This document shows, in pieces, positions 1 to 13,100 of a stretch of DNA of 64,000 nt. Positions within the stretch are counted from its first letter, which is position 1; every line of letters begins with the position of its first letter. Where the stretch lies: positions 40,310,304-40,374,303 of the forward strand of contig NC_092671.1 in NCBI RefSeq assembly GCF_964355755.1. Direction: 5' to 3'. The DNA is from Antedon mediterranea. Its lineage: Eukaryota > Animalia > Echinodermata. A program made the position numbers and the translations under genes. The notes under the pieces are model-generated. The model did not search any database. It saw nothing but the letters and a program-made list of their open reading frames with translations, and was not told the DNA's origin.

Positions 1-99
1 TAGGGGTCCGGGACCGCGACAGAATGACAACGGATGGGGACCCTCCAAAGAAATTGCATTTTATTTGCCAGGAATTTGTATGATTTATTTCTTTTTTAT

Positions 100-173
100 T
101 TTTAAATGCGCCTTGAGCACTCTGGAGTGGTATGTGCGCTATAAAAATCTTATTATTATTTATTATTATTATT
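100..173 (+). mobile_element. L2-type LINE/SINE 3' tail
   Basis: gcgccttgag...gcgctataaaa followed by (TTA)n; the same tail type occurs at about 9822, 23990 and 34020. Confidence 0.45.
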
Positions 174-574
174 AGACAGTGTATACCACGATCGGAAAAC
201 ACCCTTATTTTGGGGGCAAATCGTTGAACCTAAATTCGTTTTAATTGTCAATAACTAATTATCTAACTCAATTTAATTGGTAAACAGGGTTACATCACGT
301 GGTTAAAATCAGTACCGAAAGTACGAACCAACTTTATATACCATCGAGTAAACATTCTAGAAGTAACGCGCAATTTACCGAATTTTGCCCTTACGTAAAT
401 TTATATATAGATACCCAAATCGCTGTACCGTATACGTAGGCCTACTATTAATTACAGCAATGTAGTATTTGCATCCAAAGTAGCACAGTGACCTGTTGTG
501 AGTGAAGTTGAATGTCAATTTCGATTTATCATTAAAATCTTTATTTATTACGTAATACTTTTTACAATTTTCAG

Positions 575-2095
575 GGATTGTTGCCATGAACTACTTGGTC
601 ACGTGCCTATGCTAGCTGATCCAGAATTTGCTCAATTTTCACAAGTAAGAACCATTTATTTTGATTCATCAGTAAATAAGGCCATAAGTGTTGTATGGTA
701 TTTATTTCATAAATTATTATTAAATGTTCTCTTTTTACTCACAATTGCAATTTTGAAGATGATGTGTTTTTATTTTATTTAGGAAATCGGTATTGCTTCG
801 CTTGGTGTTTCAGATGAAGATATTACAAAATTATCTACGGTAAGTTAAAGCATTGTAGATAAACAAAAGGACACATTCTCGGTTAACATTGTCTTTTTAT
901 TTATTTATTTATTTATTTTATGACGTATTTATATTTATTATTTGTATTATCTAGGTTTATTGGTTTACAGTAGAGTTTGGTCTGTGTAAAGAGGGCGCCA
1001 GTACTAAGGCTTATGGAGCTGGTCTACTCTCAGCTTATGGAGAACTAAAGGTGATTCACATTAACTGGTTATTCCTTTCCTGTCCCCCAAGATTCTACTA
1101 CCAGTGTTAACACGCGCAACACTAGGTCGTAAGCGCATTGTGACAAATCGCGCGTTTGCGACCAAATGGGAACCCAAGCTTTAATTCATTAGGGCCTACA
1201 TTATTTAATTGTGAATGGGTCCCGATACAATTCTTATAATTCCTCCTGTTATTATTGATATTATTATAATTTATTTATTATTATTACTATTTAACAATAT
1301 ACAGGATTACACAATCAGGTAAAAGAAAACCTTTTTAGCATCGTGGTCCTGTCTTTAAAAAAATCAGGGAAAAAAATGTTTCGTTTTGTGAAAAAAAATG
1401 AGATCGATATCTAGCTTTGAGTGAAGCAATTGTTGGGGAATATTTAATTTATATCTCTATTTTTGTTTTAATTGACAGTTTGCGTTATCAGATGAACCCG
1501 AGCAACGAATGTTTGAGCCGTCAGTAGTTGCTGTACAAGAATACCAAGACCAGACATATCAACCCATCTACTACGTCACACAATCTTTCGAAAAAGCCAA
1601 AGCACAGATGAGGTTAGTAGTGTTTATTCAATATGATGACATCACAGAGTGCGTGATAAACATGATGACGTTTAAAATATAATAATAATGATTATGATGA
1701 TAATGATGAGGATGATAATGATGATGATGATGCTAATGATGATGATGATGCTAATGATGATGATGATGATGTTGATAATGATGGTTATGATGATAATGAT
1801 GATGATGATAACGATGATGATGATAATAATGATGATTATGATGACAACGATGATATATTTTGCTGAAAGTAAACAATTAAAATCAATGACAAGATAGTAA
1901 AGCAATTAATAACATTTCCGTATAATTTTCTACAGGCAATTTGTAAGCAATATGAACAGACCTGTACAGTTACGTTACAATCCATTCACACAGTCCATAG
2001 AAGTTCTGGAGAATATTTCTACAGTTGGTAGGCTCCTTAAAGACGTCAAAAATGAGTTGGATACGTTGATGTCTGTATGTGAAAGACTAGCGTAA
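575..2095 (+). CDS. TH: Tyrosine 3-monooxygenase (tyrosine hydroxylase)-like, last five coding exons; 5' part outside the window
   Basis: GT-AG exons 575-644, 783-839, 955-1050, 1479-1612, 1936-2095 (TAA) splice in frame to [31 protein letters not shown]..[12 protein letters not shown]..[33 protein letters not shown]..-..[16 protein letters not shown]. The His/His/Glu iron ligands are present. YWFTVE, AYGEL and YQDQTYQ are TH-type rather than TPH/PAH-type. Confidence 0.9.
1680..1852. repeat. (ATG)n imperfect microsatellite in the last TH intron
   Basis: Direct reading; it explains the poly-M and poly-I ORFs. Confidence 0.95.
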
Positions 2096-3825
2096 CAAAT
2101 CGTATGTTTCGATATAAGGAACAAAATGATAATTTATCTTTGAATCTGAAACTAAAACCAGATTATATTTAATCTATTATTTATAATCTATTATTTATAG
2201 TCTATTATAGAGGTATTTATTTGTATGATGTGTACGGTTCGTTTCTTGTTGGTTTCTCTGACATGAATCTGTTATCCATTGTCGCTGGCAAACAAATTAT
2301 GTTTAGTTTTTAAATTTTAATCGGTTTTAGTTTAATCACGAAGGTTTAATAACAAAACTTTGAACACAGATAAAATTTATTTTTTTAATTAGTTAATATA
2401 TTATTATTATAGTGAGTAGGAATTATGATGTATTTATAGGTCAACATATCCTACCGTAGATGAATATGAAGAGGATTAGTGAAATATAATATGAATATAG
2501 CATATTGGAAGTTACCACATTGTATTTAGTGAGCAATGGTTAGATATTTGATACTATTATACACGATTTATTTATTTTAAAACCTAAGTTAATTGGGCTC
2601 CCGAATTTTTTATTGATGAAATTGTGATTCTCTAATCAAAGATTAGGAGAGGAATATCTTCAAATCAAATTGTATTATAATACCACAACATAATACATGC
2701 ATAAATAAATGCATTGATAAAATGTCAACGTACACAAATAAATAAATAGAATATGACTATGTGCTCTTTACGACAGTAATATTTAAATTTAAAATATGTG
2801 TGGAATAATATCGGATATCATTATTTTTTACTAATAATTTATTTAAAGAAAAATTAATATACAGTATTATGAATTTTGTTATTTCGGATGATGTTATAAT
2901 AATTAAGACGGAACACAACTTAATGGATAAGTACACTTCTTGTGGAAGCCTTAATCAAGTTTGCGTTATAACACAAATGTAACTATTATTACGTAATGAG
3001 ATGCTTTATGAACATTTCATAAACGAATTGTAGACCTTTTTTATGAATGAGTAATGAGTAATGTAATAGTAATGTTAATGTAAATGTACCTGCAATATAT
3101 CATTTCAATACTAAATGTTTGTTATGTTTCTATTGATTATTATTCTCAAACGTAGGGGTAGATCGAAATAGATATTTTACTCTATGATATATGATATGAT
3201 ATGATATATGATATGATATATGTTAAGAATAAAGAATATACTATAACATTTATTAATTTATTGAAACAAATTTAAACCATTTTTATTCAATAAAACAAAA
3301 GACAATCAGATATTACTAGGCCTATATACTAATTTTTTTAATAGATACTAAACATTTTTGTCAACAAAAGCGTTTGAAAAAGATTCAATAAGTGTGTTTA
3401 AATATTACCATAAAAACTTATTCCTTTATAATCAGGTGTAAAAACCGAAGAAAACAATTGATAAATGCAGTTTCAAATGTTGGACATGATCAACCAGAAA
3501 AGTTGAAGGGAGCCCTCTAGAGCGTTACAAAAAACATCACCTTTCTAAAGATATAGAAAATCACCCGGGTTCAACGGCTCAACGAGTAAAACGTCTGCAA
3601 CACACACGGAGTCACAGAGTAATAAAGGTACGTGGGTTCGATTCTTTCATTAACCATCTAGTTAAGTTCCTCTTTCAGCAAAAAACGCGAAACAAATCCG
3701 GTCGATAAATACGCGAAATTAGAAGAAAAACAGTAAATATATAAACTGAACACAATCATACAAAGAAGTTGTTCTAATATTTGTATTTTAAATAATGCAA
3801 TATTCAATCAATGTTTTGAGGTAAC

Positions 3826-6130
3826 ATGCGCGTCTGCGCATTTTAGATTATGATGCGCAGACGCATAATTGTGCTATAGTAACCAGTTTTATTGAAAAAT
3901 AAAAAGGTCGAAAATTTGCCATTTAAAAAAAAAAAAACCCTGTACAGGGAAATTTCCGAAAAATGGCCGAATTTCGACCCTTTTATTTTTTTGACATAAA
4001 TGGTTACTATTGCATAATAAACATGCGCAGAGTCGAATAATGGGTTCTGCGCATGTCAATTGTGCTATAGTAACCACTTTTGACATAAATGGTTACTATA
4101 GCATGAAAAACATGCGTAGAGTCGAATAATGGGTTCTGCGCATGTTAATTGTGCTATAGTAACCAGTTTTATCGATAAATAAAAAGGTCGAAAATTGGCA
4201 ATTTTTTTTAAAAAATCCCTGTACTAATAGTACAGAAAAATTTCCGAAAAATGGCCGATTCTCGACCCTTTTATTTTTTTACATAAATGGTTACTATAGC
4301 ATAATAGACATGGGCAGAGTCGAATAATGGATTCTGCGCATGTCAATTGTGCTATAGTAACCACTTTTGAAATAAATGGTTACTATAGCATAATAGACAT
4401 GCGCAGAGTCGAATAATGGGTTCTGCGCAAGTCAATTGTGCTATAGTAACCAGTTTTGACATAAATGGTTACTATAGCATAATAAACATGCGCAGAGTCG
4501 AATAATGGGTTCTGCGCATGTCAATTGTGCTATAGTAACCACCTTTGACATAAATGGTTACTATAGCATAATAAACATGCGCAGAGTCGAATAATGGGTT
4601 CTGCGCATGTCAATTGTGCTACAGTAACCACTTTTGACATAAATGGTTACTATAGCATAATAAACATGCGCAGAGTCGAATAATGGGTTCTGCGCATGTT
4701 AATTGTGCTATAGTAACCAGTTTTATCAAAAAATAAAAAGGTCGAAAATTGGCAATTTTTTTGAAAAAATCCCTGTACTATAGTGCAGGAAAATTTCCGA
4801 AAAATGGCCGATTTTCGACCCTTTTATTTTTTTACATAAATGGTTACTATAGCATAATAGACATGCGCAGAGTCAAATAATGGGTTCTGCGCATGTCAAT
4901 TGTGCTACAGTAACCACTTTTGACATAAATGGTTACTATAGCATAATAAACATGCGCAGAGTCGACTAATGGGTTCTGCGCATGTTAATTGTGCTATAGT
5001 AACCAGCTTTATCGAAAAATAAAGAGGTCGAAAATTGGCAATTTTTTTGAAAAAATCCCTGTACTATCAATCAATCAAAGTAACATTTATTTCTCTTGTC
5101 TTTCATAGAAAATAAAAATTAACAGTAAAAATGATTAAAATAAGAGGGGCAACATTCCTAAAAAGCAAAGCTTGTATAAGGCAGCCCATAGAAAATGAAA
5201 AAAAAAAAAACAGGACAACACGGGAACCGGAAACAGGACAAAAACAGTAATGAAGACTTTTAGATTCAGTACTATAGTACAGGAAAATTTCCGAAAAATT
5301 GCCGATTTTCGACCCTTTTATATTTTTTACATAAATGGTTACTATAGCATAATAGACATGCGTAGAGTCGAATAATGGGTTCTGCGCATGTCAATTGTGC
5401 TATAGTAACCACTTTTGACATAAATGGTTACTATAGCATAATAGACATGCGCAGAGTCGAATAATGGGTTCTGCGCATGTCAATTGTGCTATAGTAACCA
5501 CTTTTGACATAAATGGTTACTATAGCATAATAGACATGCGCAGAGTCGAATAATGGGTTCTGCGCATGTCAATTGTGCTATAGTAACCACTTTTGACATA
5601 AATGGTTACTATAGCATAATAGACATGCGCAGAGTCGAATAATGGGTTCTGCGCATGTCAATTGTGCTATAGTAACCAGTTTTGACATAAATGGTTACTA
5701 TAGCATAATAAACATGCGCAGAGTCGAATAATGGGTTCTGCGCATGACAATTGTGCTATAGTAACCACTTTTGACATAAATGGTTACTATAGCATAATAA
5801 TTGAATTTTAAAAAGTGGATATTTTGGCAATCTTTTAAAAAAATTCTGTACTACAAAACAAGGGATTTTTTCAAAAAATGACCAAATTTCGACCTATTTC
5901 TTTTTTAAAATACCTGGTTATAAACACTCCAAAAAAGATGATGATAACGCAATATACGCACATATAGCAATATTACGGCATAATAATTGAATTTTAAAAA
6001 GTGGATATTTTGGCCATTTTTAGACAAAAATCCTTGTTTTGTAGTACAGAAATTGTTTACCAAAATATCCACTTTTTAAAATTCAATTATTATGCCATAA
6101 TATTGCTATATAATTATGTGCATATATGGC
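3826..6130. repeat. Higher-order palindromic satellite: 89-bp hairpin unit A (14 full copies) interspersed with an ~110-bp palindromic unit B
   Basis: Unit A is gacataaatggttactatagcataatagacatgcgcagagtcgaataatgggttctgcgcatgtcaattgtgctatagtaaccactttt. Order is B-2A-B-5A-B-2A-B-5A, followed by diverged B-like palindromes (for example 5978-6096). Confidence 0.9.
5068..5268 (-). mobile_element. 5'-truncated LINE 3' end inserted into the satellite, with GTACTAT target-site duplication
   Basis: gtactat flanks both sides (5061-5067 and 5269-5275); (TTGA)n tail on the minus strand; a similar sequence lies at about 17770-17890, where it adjoins LINE RT remnants. Confidence 0.7.
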
Positions 6131-6139
6131 GACCGGTCT

Positions 6140-6770
6140 TTATAATTATGTACAGAAAAGAAGGAAATTGGGACACTTCATATTTATATAGGTTAAAGAC
6201 CCTAAATATTTTAAGTATTGAAGATATATTTAAAGTGTATAGACTCACATTAGGTTTTAAAATAATGCATGGCCTCTGTCCATCATCCTTTAATGAGTTT
6301 GTGAGATCAAGTGAGAGGTGTGAAGGGCGGTTAATACATTGGAAGGCAAAGACCAATACATTTTTAAATTCATCGTTTGTATTTTCCCTAGATTATGGGA
6401 GCAACTTCCCAATGAAATTAAACAATGTGCTACAATTTCAGACTTTAAAGCCCCCAACTCATCAAACATTTGATCTCAAAATATTAAGTTGTAATTGTTT
6501 ATATTGTTTATTCAATGCAGCTTATTTTTAATTGGTGTATCTCATTATAACTTTGTTTTGTTTTGTTTTATTTTGACTTAATTTGTGCTATTTAGTTTTG
6601 TTATTTTTGTATTTTATAAGTAATGATGGAGTAAGAGCAGTTTTCTGTTTGGGCTCATGTCTATTACTTGCTCCTGGCAAGATGAATTGTAAAATGTAGT
6701 TTATGAACTTTTGCCGAATAAATATTATTATTATTATTATTATTAATATTATTATTATTATTATTATTAT
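6140..6770 (+). mobile_element. Degenerate non-LTR retrotransposon 3' fragment
   Basis: ..LNILSIEDIFK..FKIMHGLCP.. and frameshifted PRLWEQLPNEIK resemble the LINE ORF2 C-terminus; ends in (TTA)n. Confidence 0.65.
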
Positions 6771-7170
6771 AGAAGCGTCAAGCTTTTATCTAAAACGTAT
6801 GGGATAACTGACAGACAGGATTAAACAAACAAATATTTCTAACTTTCAAGAATTTTTTTCCACTAAGAAAATACAGAAATATGTTAACATTACGATTGAT
6901 TACCTAAATGGTAAACATAGTTTGTTACGTTAGTAAGTTGTTATTAAATAAATTTTTGATGAGTTATTGTTATTGCTTGTTATGTTAGTGGTTAATACGT
7001 TAAAGTAGTATTTTGTTGAAAAACATATATAATTATATCTATATAAATAATAAATATATAATAAAGATTTCGTACAATATCAATAGATCACAGAAAGACC
7101 ATCTAAACGTGTACTTTTGTTAATATTTTCGATTCGATCATGCGCGGAATTACTACGTTGCTATATTTTG

Positions 7171-10100
7171 TTAAATATTTTCGCACTGGCTTCGTTTTTC
7201 AAATTTCTTAAGAGATTTACACAAAGCATGTAGATCATCCTTTAAGTCATCGATAAAGCTAGCAACTTGTAAAGCATTCGTCAGTACGTCTATACTCTGC
7301 GTGTAGGGATCATATCGAACAGTAAATGGTCTTTGTATAGTACACGCGTACTTTCTGAAAAGAAAAGAAGATAAACGCTTATAATGTAATATTTTATCCT
7401 AGACGCACACTCCCATATGACATCTAGTCTGGTTTCCAGACGGAGTTTTAACTTGAATATTAGTAAAAAGATAAATATTTTGGCACGTATGGCGTTTCAT
7501 AAGTAAACTACTTGAGCTCGTCTTTATAAATTGGCCTTAAACGCCCATTTACACTAGGACGATAACGATCGACGATAAATAGACAAATATGCATTTTTCA
7601 TACATAAAATATGAAAACTTTTCATTCTAGAACTATATAGAATAACCATCTATGCTTCCTTTGATGAAAATGATATGAACACGTCCAATCAAATGACGTC
7701 ATGATTAGTAAGAGCAAACATATTGTGACAATACAACGATTTTATTGTTTTTATTTATCATGACGTAATTTGATAGGAAGACAGCATAAATGATTATCCT
7801 ATAGTTCTAGAACGAAAACCTTTCTAATTTTATGTAAAAAAGGTGCGTGCTTATACATTTTTCGTCGATATAGTGTAACTGTGCAGGCTATTTTTTATTT
7901 TATTATTTTTTTAATTTTATTTTATTTTATTCAATTTTCAGGCACAACAATACATGACAACACAGCGGTGCAGCACCCTGAGGATTGCCATCTATCGAGA
8001 TGGCTCTCCATATACTGCACTAGAACATATCAGACAAACATATACACAAGATGCTCTACATAAACAAAGACTTATTATTAAGTCTTTGGGAGTGGAGTTG
8101 TAAATTGTCATGAGAAAAAAACCCTGACATATGACAGGACTTGAACCCAGGACCCTTAGATTGGTAGCCAAGCATCATAACCACCAAGCCACAGCTCCAC
8201 TCCGCTCCACTATACTAACTATATCTGTAATTGTGGATAGCTCACCTAATATCAGAGGTAGCTTGCTGAAATGACTGAGAGATGAAGTAGCAGTCTTGGT
8301 ATGTAGTTATCCGGCATTCTTGCTTCATTATCAACGCCATATCGAACCCTGATACCTCAGCTTCACGTGTAAGGGCATACTTAATGGCAAACAAATTATT
8401 TTCATAATAATGTTATATAATTAATATTATGCTTGCGATAGTATATATTACAATGTTTGCATATTTCGTTTCAAAGTTTCGTCAGAAATTACTGTCTTAA
8501 TTATTATCCCCTCCCTCGCTTATCCCCCTCCCCTTACTTATCCTCCTCCCTCGATTATCCCTCCCCTCGCTTATCCCCTCCCTCGATTACCCCCTCCCTC
8601 GATTATCCCCCTCCCTCGATTATCCCCCTCCCTCGCTTATCCCCCTCCCATGATCCCCCTCCCTCGCTTTAAAAAAAAAAATAGATTTTTAAAGTATTTA
8701 ACTACCGGTATATTAATGAACACTAATTCATGAACGCTTTAAAAATATTTTAAAAAATAACTTTTTAAAAATATCTTTTTAGGGCCTTATGGAAGAATCG
8801 CTTTCTGATAAGTAAATATCGCATTGTAAGCCAGGCAAAATAAGTGTCAAGACTATGAAATCGTGTTGTTGAATACAAAGAAGCATTTATTTATCTAATA
8901 TATATTTATTGATAATTGTTGACATGCAATACCTTAAGTTCGCCTATAGATGACAGCAAACCTGCTCCATACACGCGCGTTTTTCCGTTTTGCTTGCACA
9001 GTCCGAATTCAACCGTAAAGAAATACAACTGAAAATGAACCAACATTTCGTATCATCAATAGATAGGTTTGTTAACCTAAAACAACTTTATTTGCACATT
9101 CATCATACTCATGTATGGAAAGCCGAAAGTGGCACTCCCCGCGTTCCATAGTCCAGTGTCTATTCCGTTAGTGACGTGACGCCATGAAAACATACTTGAC
9201 TACAATTTAATGTCAGCATTTCAACACGCGTACCAAACGCCATGTTGTGGTTTTATTATTAATAACTAAAAAATTTCAAATACATACCGTTGCTAATTTC
9301 TTAATCTCAGCCTCTGATGCTCCCAAAGATGCCAAACCGATTTCCTAGATTGAAAAAGGATCAAAACAATTAAGAGTAAATAAATTGATATAACGTTTCG
9401 AGATTACAAAAGCTTCAGAACCGGGCTGCCAGGTTAATTTACCAAGTACCTATGTTTGTTAGTTCTAGACCTCTGCTTTATGAATTGCATTGGCTACCTG
9501 TTGAAAGTAGAATCACTTTTAAAGTGTTACTTCATGTCTACAATTGTATAAATATTAATGCGCCCTGTTATCTGAGCAATCTCTTACGGGTGTATAGATG
9601 TGCTAAGAGAGGCCTGAGGTCCGAGATAGATCACACTAGATTGGATCATTGTCCCGAAAAGCGGACCTCTGGAAATAATACTTTCTCAAAATTTGGACCG
9701 GTGATGTGGAATGAACTCCCGTCTGTGATCCGGGAACAAACCACGGTTTTAAAATTTAAAAAAGCCTTCAAAACACATCTATTTCCTAAGAAGTGACTCA
9801 TTGTTGGGTGTGCTGATGTAAAGCGCTTTGATCATTTTATACTAATTTGGAAAAGCGCTATATAAATAAAATAATAATAATAATAATAATATGAGAACAC
9901 TTAAATAGAAAATTCATAATAAGAAACTTTTGAAAATATAAATTAATGGAAATAATAGAATAAATAGAAATATAGATGATGTATCTTGATTTATATTCAA
10001 ACATCATTGAATTCAACAAACCTGTGAAAAACTTGCGAATGATTTGTTCGCCAACATCGGCACGTGACCAAGGAGCTCATGACAACAGTCACTAAAAAAT

Positions 10101-13100
10101 AATGTTGATAACACATTTTGAACGTTTCTTTTATACAAAATACACTATTTCCGGAGCTACTGCACTTTCGCACCTAAAACTGGGCATAAGACTTCACGGT
10201 CACTTACCATCAGCGCAGCGGGTGAATATTTTTAAATTGGGTAAGCATTAGCACAAACAAAGCATTATCGCATACAGGAGTAGGCCTGAATTGTCAAAAT
10301 ATGCTGTTAATTTGTAGGATTACTTACGGTTCCGGTGTATATAATGGACTTGACCGATGACGTACATACTGGGTACAATGAAAAACACGGAACGCTAAAC
10401 CCGCTAAGAAATTACGTGGCGACAAATAACCAGCCACAGGTCGCAGTTGAAATCCACTTTGTTCTATACAACACAGAGATTAATTATTTTAATAAAAATG
10501 ATAACTTGTCTTTCAATTTGTAAATGCCAACCTAGGTCAGGTCAATTGATTGTTGTCGGGCGTCGCCTTGACCTAGAAACCATCAAAACCGCGTCGAAGT
10601 GTCAAGCGAGGAAGCACATGCAAATATCTTCGCATGCGCACAATGAATTAACATGACGTAGTTTGGTCGTCGCCCATAATACCTAAAATCTTCAAGTAGT
10701 TGGTACAATAGATGCGATAAAATGGTTCTACATTTTATTGAAAAGCACTTGAGCTTCCTTGCCAATGACATATTTAGAAGATGCTTACACTTTCAGTTAC
10801 ATGCTGTTTATTCTATAGTTTAAATATTCATATTTATATATGAAAACAATTAATCATCTATTTACCTTTTAGAAATTGCGAAACATCTTCAAGCTGTGGT
10901 ATGCTATCTATCCTGAAAGACGAATAGAAAGTAATGCAGTTGACTAGAAATTATATAATCTTTATGCGAGAGTATACTTTAAGATTCATATTTCTCAATG
11001 GGCAACAAATCCAAACATATGGGTCTGGAATTGATCATGTGTACATCATTTTGTTTTATGTTTGACGAAAGATAGAAAACAATACACTAAAGTAATAACA
11101 CGTTACTATTAGTCATTATCTCCCTCGCAAAGTATAATAGGCTATACTTGTACTTACTTATCTCTACGTTATACGTAACTTGTATCTCCCTCGCAAAGTG
11201 TACGGTATACTATAAGCTATTATTGTTCCTAATCTACGTAACTTACTTGTATCTCGCAAAATATACTAATCAATTTTTTGTCTATAACTTTGCAAAATAT
11301 ACTATTTTCCCTACACGTAGCCTTTGTATATATCTCACTCGCAAAATATACTATTGTCCCTACACGTAGCCTTTGTATATATCTCACTCGCAAAATATAC
11401 TATTGTCCCTACACGTAGCCTTTGTATATATCTCACTCGCAAAATATACTAAGCGATTTTTGTATTCCTAAGTTATACGTAGCTTACTTGTATATATCTC
11501 CTTCGCAAAGTTCTTTGAAGTTGTGAAGGAACTCCTGACAGGCATGTGTCGGATAAAGAGACTCCAGTTCTGAAAACACACGGCCCCTTAAAAATAATAT
11601 GAATAACAAGTCATTAAACATCTTTAAATTAACAAAAATGTGATAAATAATATGATTTTATGTGAAAGCTAATATGAATGTGAATAAAAGTAGTGTTTAC
11701 GCCACAAAAGAGAAAAATAATCTTTAAATTCTTTTTTAAAGAACTCTTGATTACACACTTGGCGCACGTAAATTGACCTGTATTGTTGAATACGGTTGAA
11801 CTAACGGTAAAGATCAGAATTAATATTACCGGTATTTAAGATGATCTAAGATGTTTGATTTTTGTTTTTCTCATTTTAATAAAGTTTTACGTACCATGTT
11901 TCGATTTCTTCTTTTGTGTATTCAATCCTTGGAATTGTTTGTCCACTAAAAAAAAACACATTATATTAATATAAAAAAAATATTAATTAATAAATATTTT
12001 ACAATATTTACAGTTGACCCTGTATTCATGGCCTTTAGACCGGGCTCTATACATTTTGTAAACCACTAAGTAAGAACTATATACTACCGTATATAATTCA
12101 GCTTTTGAAGAACGTAAATAAGTTTTTTCTCCATTGTTTTAAATTGGAAGACAATCAAGGGGCCCTCTTGATGAGTGTGACAGTGGCTATGTGCATACCA
12201 CCTTATTTATAGAGGGTGACCTTAAACAGCGTATGCTGGCAATCAAGGGCCCTCTTGATGAGTTATGATGAAGTGTCTGTGTGTGACAGTGGCTGTGTGT
12301 ATACTACACCGGGGTAACCCCCTACTCATCTCGAACGATGTACTAGGTTCTTTAAAGTGCACCTGAGCCAGATTTGTACACTGGACCTACGGTTTCCGTG
12401 AAGACTTGTTCTACCACCAGAACCACAAAGCGAGTTATGCTCGAACCCTTGCCGATGTTAATATGGCAAGGTATTACGATTCCACTGTTAACCGCTTGGC
12501 CACTTGTATAACTACTATTAACAATATACTTATAATTATTGGATTATGTGTTTCTTACTGTCTGTAGTTATAAGCAATATCAGCAAATAACCTTCTTCTT
12601 TCTTGGTATTCATTATCTTTGAATCCCTACAGTGCAATATAACATAGAAAGTCAGGTATGTAAAGAAATATAACCGGCTATTGGCTTAGCGGGTAAATAG
12701 AACAATTATTGAATGACTTACCCGGTAAATAGAACAATTATTGAATGACTTAACCGGTAAATAGAACAACTATTGAATGACATACCCGGTAAATAAAACA
12801 ATTATTGTATGACTTACCCGGTAAATAAAACAATTATTGAATGACTTCCCGGTAAATAGAACAACTATTTAATGACTTACACGGTAAATAGAACCATTTG
12901 TGAATGCCTTTTTACCGGGTAAATAAAGCAACTATTGAATGACATACAGGGTAAATAGAACAATTATTGTATGACTTACCCGGTAAATAAAACAACTATT
13001 GAATGACTTATACCGGGTAAATAAAGCAACTATTGAATGACTTATACCGGGTAAATAAAGCAACTATTGAATGACTTATACCGGGTAAATAAAGCAACTA

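Noticed and set aside
1672-1905. Poly-Ile and poly-Met ORFs
   Set aside because: (ATG)n microsatellite in a TH intron.
575-2095. Calling the + strand hydroxylase PAH or TPH
   Set aside because: YQDQTYQ and AYGEL are TH-type; the TPH-type residues (YFF, SIGEL, ECRITT) belong to the - strand gene.
5415-5442. Sigma70-like TTGACA-N16-CATAAT in each satellite unit
   Set aside because: Likely a chance match in an AT-rich repeat of a spliceosomal-intron genome.
3990-5800. CRISPR-like reading of the palindromic array
   Set aside because: Units are contiguous with no unique spacers, there are no cas genes, and the context is eukaryotic.
8457-8672. Pro/Ser-rich ORF
   Set aside because: Translation of the 17-bp pyrimidine minisatellite.
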